From Bacteroidota bacterium (lineage in GTDB: Bacteria > Bacteroidota > Ignavibacteria > UBA10030 > SZUA-254), in contig DASQAZ010000134.1 in assembly GCA_035635475.1 (NCBI GenBank), positions 1,249 through 65,248 of the forward strand: 64,000 nucleotides of DNA. The letters are read 5' to 3'. A program made the position numbers and the translations under genes. Of the stretch, positions 9,506-18,042 are shown piece after piece; the stretch's first letter is position 1; every line of letters begins with the position of its first letter. A model generated the notes under the pieces. It saw only the letters and a program-made list of their open reading frames with translations. It was not told where the DNA came from and ran no database searches.

Positions 9506-10069
9506 ATGAATCACGATCAGGCATTGGCGCTGCTCAAGGAATATACCAAGAGCGACGCGCTGCTTAAACATATGTATGCGGTCGAAGCGGCGATGCGCGC
9601 CTACGCCCGCCGGGAGAAGGAAAATGAGGAGAACTGGGGCCTCGCGGGATTGCTCCATGATTTCGATTACGAGATGTTCCCGAATGCACCCGACCATCCG
9701 TTGAAAGGCTCGGAAATCCTCAAACAGCGGGGCTGTCCCGACGACGTCAGAGTCGCGATTCTCGGCCATGCAAGCTACACCGGAGTACCCCGGGAGACCC
9801 GCATGGCGAAGGCGCTCTATGCCTGCGACGAGCTCTGCGGTTTCGTCATGGCGTGTTCGCTGATCCGTCCCAACAAGATCGCCGATCTCGAAGTGTCGTC
9901 GGTCAAGAAAAAACTCAAGGATAAGGGATTCGCGCGCAACGTCAACCGCGAGGACATCCTCAAGGGCTCCGAAGAATTTGGGGTTCCGCTCGATGAGCAC
10001 ATCCGGTCGGTCATCGATGCGATGAAATCGATCGCAGGTGAGCTGGGCCTCGAACCCGCCGCGTCCTAG
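9506..10069 (+). CDS. HD-domain phosphohydrolase
   Basis: H...HD signature (LLHDFDY) and a further His cluster (ILGHASY); 187 aa. Confidence 0.8.
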   Translation: MNHDQALALLKEYTKSDALLKHMYAVEAAMRAYARREKENEENWGLAGLLHDFDYEMFPNAPDHPLKGSEILKQRGCPDDVRVAILGHASYTGVPRETRMAKALYACDELCGFVMACSLIRPNKIADLEVSSVKKKLKDKGFARNVNREDILKGSEEFGVPLDEHIRSVIDAMKSIAGELGLEPAAS

Positions 10070-10944
10070 AAGAAATCGACCATGCAGCCCGCTCCGAACG
10101 CCGTGAGCCGTTGATCGAAGAATTCGCCGAAGAGCTGCCTGCCCTCGTAGAAGGCCAGGTAAAAATCGGTTCCTCTTCCAGACCACCGACCGAGTTTTAT
10201 CCCCACCTGAATCTGATTTGATGCGGCGTAAACCGGCGTGCCCGTCACGGAAATGTGATACGCGCAATAGAGCTGCGAGGGTTGGTCCATGAAGGGGCCC
10301 AACAGGTTCTCCAGCGTGCCTTCCGCCCCTCCGAGATAGGAAAGACGCCCGATATCATCCGGCCGGACAAAGACGGCATAGGCAACTCCGGCGTAATAAC
10401 GCAAGCTTCCCGAGGGATAGGGCAGCAGATGCCCCATGGTGAATTCGCCGAAGTCTCTTGTGAACGGAATCGGCCCCCGATTGTCAATCCACCTTCCGTC
10501 GCTGACGTTATAGTGGCCGTCCACGAGGTGTGCGCTGTGGTGTAAGATCCGCAGCCGGCCGATGAGGCGGCTTTCCGAAACGTTTTTTGAGAAGGAAAGA
10601 TGGCCGCCGATAAACCCGTCGAGCGCGTCGACCTGCAAGCGCAGTCCCTGGCTGCCCGTAACGAACCCTTTGCCGAAAAAATCCACCCCCATCGCCACGC
10701 TCATCCCTGCCCGGGGCAGGGAAAGCACGAACAGATCGCTCGTATTTCCGACATCGAGAACGAGCTCCCCGGCGCTGAGAAACTTCATGATGCCGATTCG
10801 TGATTCCTGGCTGTTGGCTTTCAGCGGCGTGAACTGCAGGCCGGCGGGAAATAATTTTAACCGGACTTCTGAATCGTCCGATGCCTGGGACCTGCCCGCC
10901 ACCGGCAGGATCAGGAGTACGGCGAGAGAACCGAGGCGGATCAT
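10066..10944 (-). CDS. Predicted outer-membrane beta-barrel protein (hypothetical)
   Basis: Signal peptide (LGSLAVLLILPVAGRSQA), alternating amphipathic beta-strand pattern, and C-terminal aromatic residue (...GAGCMVDFF). Confidence 0.6.
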   Translation of the reverse strand: MIRLGSLAVLLILPVAGRSQASDDSEVRLKLFPAGLQFTPLKANSQESRIGIMKFLSAGELVLDVGNTSDLFVLSLPRAGMSVAMGVDFFGKGFVTGSQGLRLQVDALDGFIGGHLSFSKNVSESRLIGRLRILHHSAHLVDGHYNVSDGRWIDNRGPIPFTRDFGEFTMGHLLPYPSGSLRYYAGVAYAVFVRPDDIGRLSYLGGAEGTLENLLGPFMDQPSQLYCAYHISVTGTPVYAASNQIQVGIKLGRWSGRGTDFYLAFYEGRQLFGEFFDQRLTAFGAGCMVDFF

Positions 10945-10962
10945 ACGCAGAATTTTTTTTGC

Positions 10963-11014
10963 AATATACCAAACGAAGGCTCGGGTTGCAAAATCCGATC
11001 CCCCGGCCTATATT
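10963..11014. promoter_or_regulatory. Symmetric divergent promoter pair sharing one palindromic -35 hexamer
   Basis: AATATA (10963-10968), 17 nt, TTGCAA (10986-10991, self-complementary), 17 nt, TATATT (11009-11014). Read on either strand this gives TTGCAA-N17-TATATT, facing the OMP gene (minus) and the moeB-like gene (plus). Confidence 0.45.
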
Positions 11015-11037
11015 AAAGATGACAAAGTGAACATGAC

Positions 11038-12177
11038 ATGAAGACGAAACTCCCGCTTTCGGATAAGGAGATGCTTCGGTACAGCCGGCATCTCATCATG
11101 CCCGAAATCGGAATCGAGGGGCAGCAAAAGCTGAAGGCAGCGCGCGTGTTGATCATCGGGGCAGGCGGGCTGGGTTCGCCGCTCGGGTTGTACCTTGCGG
11201 CGGCGGGTGTCGGGACGATCGGGGTCGTCGATTTCGATGTGGTGGATGCGACAAACCTTCACAGACAGGTGCTCTTTTCCGAGCGCGACATCGGCCGATC
11301 GAAGCTGGAGTCGGCGAAGGAACGGTTGCAGGGGGTCAACCCGCATATTAGTATAGAACTGCACGAGACCCGCCTGACATCCGAGAATGCGCTCGAGATC
11401 CTGCGCGACTACGACATCATCGCCGACGGGACGGATAATTTTCCGACGCGGTATCTGGTGAATGATGCGTGCGTCCTGCTGGGCAAGCCGAATGTCTACG
11501 CGAGCATTTTCCGGTTCGAAGGCCAGTTGAGCGTCTTTGATGCAAAAAAAGGCCCATGTTATCGCTGCCTCTTTCCGGCGCCTCCGCCGCCGGGACTCGT
11601 TCCGAGCTGCGCCGAGGCGGGCGTTCTCGGCGTGCTGCCGGGAATCATCGGATCCCTCCAGGCGCTCGAGGTGATCAAGCTCATCGTCGGGAAGGGGGAA
11701 CCGCTGGTCGGCCGGCTGGTGCTTTTTGATGCACTCAAAGTCAGCTTCCGGCAGCTCACGCTGCGGAAGAACCGGGAGTGCCCGATCTGCGGCGAGCACC
11801 CGACGATCGACCGGTTGATCGACTACGAGCAGTTCTGCGGATCGCCGGCTGATACTCCGCAAGGGGTTGAGATTACTCCCGAAGCCCTCAAGGCGCGCCT
11901 CGATGGGGGCGAGGATATTTTTATTCTGGATGTCCGCGAACCCCATGAGTATCAGCTCGCGAATCTGGGCGGCCGCCTCATTCCCCTGAGCGCCCTGCCC
12001 GGACGGTTGACCGAACTTGACGCGACGCGCGAGATCATCGTCCACTGCAAGCTCGGCGGCCGCAGCGCGAAGGCCGTTGATCTGCTCCGAAAGGCGGGAT
12101 TCTCGAACGTGAAAAATCTTTCCGGGGGAATCGACGCCTGGGCTCAGCGGATTGATCGAACGATGAGGAGGTATTGA
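11038..12177 (+). CDS. moeB: ThiF/MoeB-type E1-like adenylyltransferase with C-terminal rhodanese domain (MoeZ/MoeBR-like)
   Basis: RYSRHLIMPEIGIEGQQKL, GAGGLGSP nucleotide loop, CxxC pairs (CYRC, CPIC), and a C-terminal rhodanese domain with active-site CKLGGRS. Confidence 0.88.
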   Translation: MKTKLPLSDKEMLRYSRHLIMPEIGIEGQQKLKAARVLIIGAGGLGSPLGLYLAAAGVGTIGVVDFDVVDATNLHRQVLFSERDIGRSKLESAKERLQGVNPHISIELHETRLTSENALEILRDYDIIADGTDNFPTRYLVNDACVLLGKPNVYASIFRFEGQLSVFDAKKGPCYRCLFPAPPPPGLVPSCAEAGVLGVLPGIIGSLQALEVIKLIVGKGEPLVGRLVLFDALKVSFRQLTLRKNRECPICGEHPTIDRLIDYEQFCGSPADTPQGVEITPEALKARLDGGEDIFILDVREPHEYQLANLGGRLIPLSALPGRLTELDATREIIVHCKLGGRSAKAVDLLRKAGFSNVKNLSGGIDAWAQRIDRTMRRY

Positions 12178-12181
12178 TCTG

Positions 12182-12210
12182 TTGTAACTCTCGGGTTATT
12201 TCTCTACATT
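12182..12210 (+). promoter_or_regulatory. Putative sigma70-type promoter of the 255-aa OMP gene
   Basis: TTGTAA (12182-12187), 17-nt spacer, TACATT (12205-12210). The spacer and -10 region are nearly identical to the promoter at 19170-19198. Confidence 0.4.
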
Positions 12211-12257
12211 CCGAATAATTTTTTCCGCGCCCAACCAGTACTTCAGGAGAATACTCT

Positions 12258-13025
12258 ATGCGCCGAGCATCCTCTTTCCTGCTGTTGATGTTTCTTTCCA
12301 CGGGACCGGCATTGCTCGCCCAGCAGGACGAGGAAGAGCCGCTTCCTCCGCCGCGGCATGGCGGAGCGGCGAAGATCGGCGGGGCCATCGGTTTCACGAC
12401 GAGCTACCTCTTTCTCGACATGGATGCATTCAATCAGGTGTTTGGCAATGCAAGCGCGGCGCAGTTCAGCAGTAAAGGGATGGTCCTGTATGGCGGCCAG
12501 GGGTACGGATATGTCATGATTGTCCCCAATCTTCGCATCGGGTATCTGAACATGGGGGGGACCCGGAAGTCGCTCTCGGTCGAGGGAAATACGCGCCGTT
12601 ACATCGACCTTTCGGTCGGATTCAGCGGCGCATCATTCGACTACGTCATCCCGGTCGTTCCGCGGCTTGATCTTTCGCTGGGCGTCCTTGTGGGCGGCGG
12701 CGGCGTGGATATCACGATGTCGCGCGACGAAGGGTTCGCGAAAACATGGGACAAAGTCTGGACCGATTTCGGGGATCCGGGCACGGCGGCAGTGGAATAC
12801 TCCCGCAAGCTCTCGGGGAGGTTTTTCATCTACCAGCCGTCAATTAATATCGAATTCGCACTCCTGCGCTGGCTCGGATTGCGGGCCGGGGCGAGCTATC
12901 TCGGAATGGCCGGGGGAAGCTGGCAAATCGACGACCGGTACGAACTCATCGGCGTTCCAGACAATATCAGCGGCAAGGGTTGGATGATCAACGGGGGAGT
13001 GTTCGTCGGTACGTTTCTTTTTTAG
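12258..13025 (+). CDS. Predicted small outer-membrane beta-barrel protein (hypothetical)
   Basis: Signal peptide (SFLLLMFLSTGPALLA), Gly/aromatic-rich beta-strand pattern, and C-terminal ...VGTFLF. Confidence 0.6.
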   Translation: MRRASSFLLLMFLSTGPALLAQQDEEEPLPPPRHGGAAKIGGAIGFTTSYLFLDMDAFNQVFGNASAAQFSSKGMVLYGGQGYGYVMIVPNLRIGYLNMGGTRKSLSVEGNTRRYIDLSVGFSGASFDYVIPVVPRLDLSLGVLVGGGGVDITMSRDEGFAKTWDKVWTDFGDPGTAAVEYSRKLSGRFFIYQPSINIEFALLRWLGLRAGASYLGMAGGSWQIDDRYELIGVPDNISGKGWMINGGVFVGTFLF

Positions 13026-14746
13026 GTGCCCGACTCGCTCCGTTCGGTAAACTGCTCCGACTTCCATCTTTCAAAGAGAGGCTTGAGCCTGTTCCTCTGG
13101 TACTTTCCCGTGGAGGTGACGGGGATATCATTCCCGAACACGACGACTTTGGGGCACTTCGGGAAGGGAAAAAACCGGCGGCAGTAACCGATCACGTCCT
13201 CCTCGCTCAGGCTCGCGCGTTCCTCCGGTTGAACGTAGGCTCCCACTTCCTCACCGTACCAATCGTTATCGAAGCCGACCGCAAGCCCTGCCTTGACCCC
13301 CGGTACGTTCATGAGCACCTCATCGATCTCAAACGGCGAGATATTCACGCCGCCCCTGATGATCAGCTCTTTGATACGGCCCGTTATAAAAAAAAACTTT
13401 CTTCCGTTCTCATCGTAGCGAAAAAAACCTTCGTCTCCGCTCCGGAACCACCCATGCGTAAACGCGGCGTCATTGGCTTCGGCGTTTGCGTCGTAACCCT
13501 TCATGACGTTGAGGCCCCGGATCACGATTTCTCCGCGCGCCTCTTCCGCGAGCTCGTTTCCGCGATCGTCATGGATCGACATTTCATTCGGCGGAATGGG
13601 CACGCCGATGGAGGGAAATCCGCAGCCGGTCAGCCAACGCCGGTGCGCTTCGGGTGAGAGGTCGACGGGAAGGAAACAGGAGTAACAGGTCGTCTCGGAG
13701 AGGCCGTATCCGTGGACGATCGGAATCTTAAAACGATCTTCGAAGCGCCCGGCGAGCTCGGTGGTAAGCGGGCCGGCTCCGCAAATAAGATGCCGGAAGC
13801 GCGACAGATCCTCCGCCGGACAATCGGGATGTTCGTGCAACAGAAACTGAAGCAGCGTGGGAACCACGCTCGCAACATGGACACCTTCGGCGGCGATGCG
13901 CGGAAAGAATTTGCCGGTATGGAATTTTTGATTTAAGACCACGCTGCCGCCGTAGTACAAGGGAGTCATGATTGTGACCACGATCCCGTTGACGTGGTGA
14001 AGGGGCAGGACGCACATCATTCTTTGATCGGGCGTCATCCCGTGCCATTCCGCGATCCCCTGAGCATCGACGAGAAGATTTTCCTGTGTAAGCACCACGC
14101 CCTTCGGGAGGCCCGTTGTTCCGGAGGTGTAAATTAAAAGGGCTTCGTCGTTCCCGTCCGGCTGCTGATCGGGCGGCACGGCCGCCGGCTGGCGGGCAAT
14201 CTGTGCGTGGAAATTTCCTTCGGGGCCGCCGGTTGATTCTGAACCGACGCGTACGATCGTTTTGATGCCGGGGGTCCCGGCGATGATTCTCCCGAGCCGT
14301 TCGAAAAACTCCTCGCGGACGAGCGCGAGTTTGCACCGCGAATTCTGAAGGATGTAGCCGATCCGACGATCGTCTTCTCCCACGTTGACCGGCACCACCA
14401 CCGCGCCGATCAGGAATGCGGCAACATACTGTATGACGGCATCCGGATGGTTGAACGATACAGTGGCGATCCGGTCGCCCTTGCGGATACCGGCGCTCAG
14501 GAGATAATTTGCGGTCCGGCCGGCGAGTCCGGAGAATTCGTTGTACGTGTACGTGCGGCGCGCATCTGGGAGCGCGCCGGAATCTTTTTGATCCGGGTAA
14601 AAGATGAGCCACACCTTATCGCCATACCTCTCCACCTGAGACCGCAACAATTCGCCCACGTTTGCATACGCGGTGCTCCGCCGGGCAGCAGGGACTCCCC
14701 CGATCGAACGCGCCTTGAGAAGGGCATCGCTCCGGCTAACTGCCAT
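13022..14746 (-). CDS. AMP-dependent acyl-CoA synthetase/ligase
   Basis: AMP-binding motifs IYTSGTTGLPKGV, GYGLSETT, WFRSGDEG and GRIKELIIRGG; 574 aa. Confidence 0.88.
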   Translation of the reverse strand: MAVSRSDALLKARSIGGVPAARRSTAYANVGELLRSQVERYGDKVWLIFYPDQKDSGALPDARRTYTYNEFSGLAGRTANYLLSAGIRKGDRIATVSFNHPDAVIQYVAAFLIGAVVVPVNVGEDDRRIGYILQNSRCKLALVREEFFERLGRIIAGTPGIKTIVRVGSESTGGPEGNFHAQIARQPAAVPPDQQPDGNDEALLIYTSGTTGLPKGVVLTQENLLVDAQGIAEWHGMTPDQRMMCVLPLHHVNGIVVTIMTPLYYGGSVVLNQKFHTGKFFPRIAAEGVHVASVVPTLLQFLLHEHPDCPAEDLSRFRHLICGAGPLTTELAGRFEDRFKIPIVHGYGLSETTCYSCFLPVDLSPEAHRRWLTGCGFPSIGVPIPPNEMSIHDDRGNELAEEARGEIVIRGLNVMKGYDANAEANDAAFTHGWFRSGDEGFFRYDENGRKFFFITGRIKELIIRGGVNISPFEIDEVLMNVPGVKAGLAVGFDNDWYGEEVGAYVQPEERASLSEEDVIGYCRRFFPFPKCPKVVVFGNDIPVTSTGKYQRNRLKPLFERWKSEQFTERSESGT

Positions 14747-17015
14747 AGCGACCGGTCGAACTGAACACTGTCCGGGGAATCACGTAGGTCATCTCTCCTT
14801 CGACGGTGACAGGGTCCGCGAGGCCGTCGAACATCACCTCGATGTTTTCCCGAACAGTGTCTCTGCCAACGACCGAGAATCGCACGGGAATCGTGAGAAC
14901 CGAGTCCGGGAACGAGTACCACTCGAGGTGTGTGCCTCCCTTATTCGTGTAAGAGTAAAACGGGCTTTCGAATCCTCCGACGTTTTGTCCGGCGGTCGAA
15001 TACGTAACGGAGACGGTGTAAGACCGCCTCGTTGCCGCCAGCCGCAGCTCGACATCGTAGCGGGTCGTATCTCCGGACTTCTCGTGCCGCTCGGACCGCC
15101 CGACGGAGAGCCATGTGGTGTCAAATTCCGGCCCCGGCGGAAAATCGAGCTCCGTGATTGTCGAGCCGATCGAGGTATCGGTGCCGGCATGAGCAATCTT
15201 CATTCCCCTCAAATATTCTGAACCCTGAAGAGCGACCGCCCGGGTGTGGCGCGAGAGATCGCAACGTTCATTGATGCGCACATCCCGATACCACCACTGG
15301 TTGTAAACCGGAATGGCGGTCAAATACCCTGCCATGCAAATGAATAAAACGACGGAAATGAAAAGCGCGGCCTTCGATCCGATGATCGAAACAAGGGGCT
15401 TGAGTTCGCGGGAATCTCTGATGATGAAGGAGAGCGCATACAGAAACGGCAGAAGGGTCACGCTCAACCAGCCGATCATCAGACCGTTAAAGATCAGCCA
15501 CGAGCCCGGACTTGACGGGATCGCGGATGCGATGCTGCGGAAGACGAGATCGTCCCACTCGGAGAAGATCAGACGGAAGAGCCACCAGGGGGAGAGGGCC
15601 ACAAGGCACAACTTGAGAATGGGCTTACGGACGAACGCCGACAGGCTGATCAGGAAAAGCGCCACGGCCGGCTCGACAGCCAGCTTAAGATAAAAGGTTC
15701 CGCTGGCCAGACTCGCAACCGCCAGCACCACGATCGGCAGCGCCAGAAGAATTGCCGACCGCTTGAAGTAGACGTAGGGGCAGAGGGATACTCTCAGTTT
15801 TCGAAGCAGCCGAACTGTCAGCCAGGCGCCGATAGCGACGGACGGGATTGCAAGAACATAGTAGAGGGGGATCGAGGTAAGCCAGGGATGGCGGATCCCC
15901 CTGATGAGCGCGATGACATCCGATGACAGCCAGCCGCACACAGCGATGATGAGCGATGCGAGAGCGATCTTGATCCCCGACCAGCGGACGCGAAGAGGGG
16001 AATCCGGAGGCTCGCGCCGTCGGCGAACCGGGACGAAGGCGGCCGCGGCGAGAGCGATCGCCAGCACGGCGAATCCCACGACAGCCCAGAGCGGGATGAA
16101 GATCGGAGTATGAAAGACCAGATAGAGCCAGTACTGCTCGGTCCGCCGGGCCGGCACTCCGGAATCGAACCGGTCGACAAGCCTGGCGAAGAGCTCGGAC
16201 GTGCGCTTCAATCCCGCGGCGTCGTAGTTCTCAAAATTATCGCGCGGCGTGTGGATCGGCTTGCCGATGTCGGTTGAAACGTCGACCGCCGGGATGCCGC
16301 GCTCCAGAAATGGCTCATGATCGGAGCCGGAACCTTGTTTGAATGCATAGTTCTCAGAGAAGAAATGCGTCGGGTACCCAAGGTGGTCGTATCCGAGGTT
16401 GTAGAATTCCTGGATGGCTGCGCTTACGAGCCAGGAGGGCGCGCTGGCGCCGTGACGGTCGGGATCGATTTCAATCCGCCCGAGCCCGTTCGCCATATCG
16501 GCCTGCAACATGAGATCGACGCTGTCGATCCCGCTGAACGCGCTCGCGAAGTACTTTGAACCCTCCAGTCCCTGTTCTTCACCCCCAAAACAGCAGAACA
16601 CAAGCGTCGACCGCATCGGTTTCCGGCCGAGCTCGCCGGCGAGCTCCATCACCACCGCCGCTCCCGAGCCGTCGTCATCGGCGCCGGGGACTTCGGGCCC
16701 GGCGGAGTCGATGTGGCCCCCGATCAGGATAATCCGGGTCGAACTTCCTCTCTTGATCCCCACGGCAATGCCGCTGGAGGTATTCACCTTCGATGTGCGT
16801 TCGAAGGGCATGATGTAGGCGGTGTCGCAGCCCGCCGCCTTGAATTGGGAAACGGCATATTCGAGTGCGCGGTGCTCCGACGGCGAGCCCATGGGCCTCG
16901 GTCCGATCTCAACGGCGAGATGCCGCACGAATTGTACGGCGCGCTCCGCCGAGTATTGGCCGTGCGAGGAGAGCGGCCAGAGAAGGAACAGGAAGAGCGC
17001 CGGACGGAATCTCAT
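14736..17015 (-). CDS. M28-family metallopeptidase fused to a polytopic membrane domain (ERMP1/FXNA-like architecture)
   Basis: Signal peptide, M28 metal-ligand segments (GGHIDS, DDDGSGAAV, FGGEEQGLEGS), then roughly 9 hydrophobic helices across about residues 300-560, and a soluble C-terminal domain of about 200 aa. Confidence 0.8.
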   Translation of the reverse strand: MRFRPALFLFLLWPLSSHGQYSAERAVQFVRHLAVEIGPRPMGSPSEHRALEYAVSQFKAAGCDTAYIMPFERTSKVNTSSGIAVGIKRGSSTRIILIGGHIDSAGPEVPGADDDGSGAAVVMELAGELGRKPMRSTLVFCCFGGEEQGLEGSKYFASAFSGIDSVDLMLQADMANGLGRIEIDPDRHGASAPSWLVSAAIQEFYNLGYDHLGYPTHFFSENYAFKQGSGSDHEPFLERGIPAVDVSTDIGKPIHTPRDNFENYDAAGLKRTSELFARLVDRFDSGVPARRTEQYWLYLVFHTPIFIPLWAVVGFAVLAIALAAAAFVPVRRRREPPDSPLRVRWSGIKIALASLIIAVCGWLSSDVIALIRGIRHPWLTSIPLYYVLAIPSVAIGAWLTVRLLRKLRVSLCPYVYFKRSAILLALPIVVLAVASLASGTFYLKLAVEPAVALFLISLSAFVRKPILKLCLVALSPWWLFRLIFSEWDDLVFRSIASAIPSSPGSWLIFNGLMIGWLSVTLLPFLYALSFIIRDSRELKPLVSIIGSKAALFISVVLFICMAGYLTAIPVYNQWWYRDVRINERCDLSRHTRAVALQGSEYLRGMKIAHAGTDTSIGSTITELDFPPGPEFDTTWLSVGRSERHEKSGDTTRYDVELRLAATRRSYTVSVTYSTAGQNVGGFESPFYSYTNKGGTHLEWYSFPDSVLTIPVRFSVVGRDTVRENIEVMFDGLADPVTVEGEMTYVIPRTVFSSTGRYGS

Positions 17016-17920
17016 GCGAGATTTTTTTCAAAAAATTCAAGCAGCTTGACTTCGTACGCCTTACCGCCCACTTCCCATGTATCGTTGTGGGAGGCATGCT
17101 CGATGGGAAACAGCTCCTTTTTCGCCGGGGTGTTGTCGTAGAGCATGATCGAGTAATTGTGCGTGATGAGGCGGTCGTTCTTTCCGTAGATGAACAAGAT
17201 GGGGATGTCGAGATTCTTCACCGATTGAACCGGTGAGACGTCGCTCGCCCGGAAATTCGCAATTCTCTCCGAGCGCACAATGACGAGGTTCCGCAGGTAG
17301 TGAAAGGGAAGACGGATCATCCGCTTCTGATAATCATCGAAAATCGAGCGCAGGGTTGCGAATGAGTTTTCCGCAATCACGGCCGCGATGCGCGGGTCGA
17401 CGGCCGCCGCTTGAATGGCCACTGCGGCTCCCATCGAAGTGCCGAACGCTCCCATCTTTCCAAGGGTAAGATCCTTCCGGGCGTTCAAATAATCGATGAT
17501 TCTGACGACGTCGATCTTTTCGTAATAGCCGTAGGTGCAAAACTTCCCGCCGCTCTCACCGTGCCTCCGTGCATCGTACAGGAACACATTAAATCGGTTG
17601 TCATGCAGGAGCTTGGCCAGCCGCAGCCCGTCGATTTTACAGTCCGCCACTCCGTGAAGGTACAGAACAGTTCCCTTTACCGGCGGATCGGCTCTGATGA
17701 GCCAGGAACTGAGCGAAATCCCCTCTTCAATCGGGACATCGATTTGCTCGGAAGGCAGGTGCAATTCCGACGGCATGGTGGGCAGGTGGAGCGCCCGGTA
17801 AAATTCCGGCGTTCGCCTCCGCGGCTTCAAAAGTATGCTGGGGCCGATCACCAGGAGGATGATCGTTGCGCTCGCAAGAAAGAGCAGCAGAACCGCTCCG
17901 AGCGGCAGGACGAATGTCAT
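17012..17920 (-). CDS. Membrane-anchored alpha/beta hydrolase
   Basis: N-terminal TM helix, nucleophile elbow GTSMGAAV, HG oxyanion motif (YLHGVAD), C-terminal catalytic His (ASHND). 4-nt overlap with the downstream M28 gene. Confidence 0.8.
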   Translation of the reverse strand: MTFVLPLGAVLLLFLASATIILLVIGPSILLKPRRRTPEFYRALHLPTMPSELHLPSEQIDVPIEEGISLSSWLIRADPPVKGTVLYLHGVADCKIDGLRLAKLLHDNRFNVFLYDARRHGESGGKFCTYGYYEKIDVVRIIDYLNARKDLTLGKMGAFGTSMGAAVAIQAAAVDPRIAAVIAENSFATLRSIFDDYQKRMIRLPFHYLRNLVIVRSERIANFRASDVSPVQSVKNLDIPILFIYGKNDRLITHNYSIMLYDNTPAKKELFPIEHASHNDTWEVGGKAYEVKLLEFFEKNLA

Positions 17921-18042
17921 CTATGAGGGGAAGTGCCGATGTGAATTTCACGATGTTGTGGGGGAATCCAAATAATATAGGAAGAGACAGATCGGGATGC
18001 AAGAGATTCCATCTCTCGCCCAATATTCGTATATTTTTGTCC

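Noticed and set aside
9479-10267. 262-aa minus-strand ORF spanning the HD-domain gene and the 3' end of the OMP gene
   Set aside because: It overlaps two better-supported genes and its translation is Arg-rich and low-complexity.
11008-12045. 345-aa minus-strand ORF
   Set aside because: It is antisense to the MoeB/rhodanese gene, whose motifs are unambiguous. The translation is low-complexity (RRRRRRK and similar).
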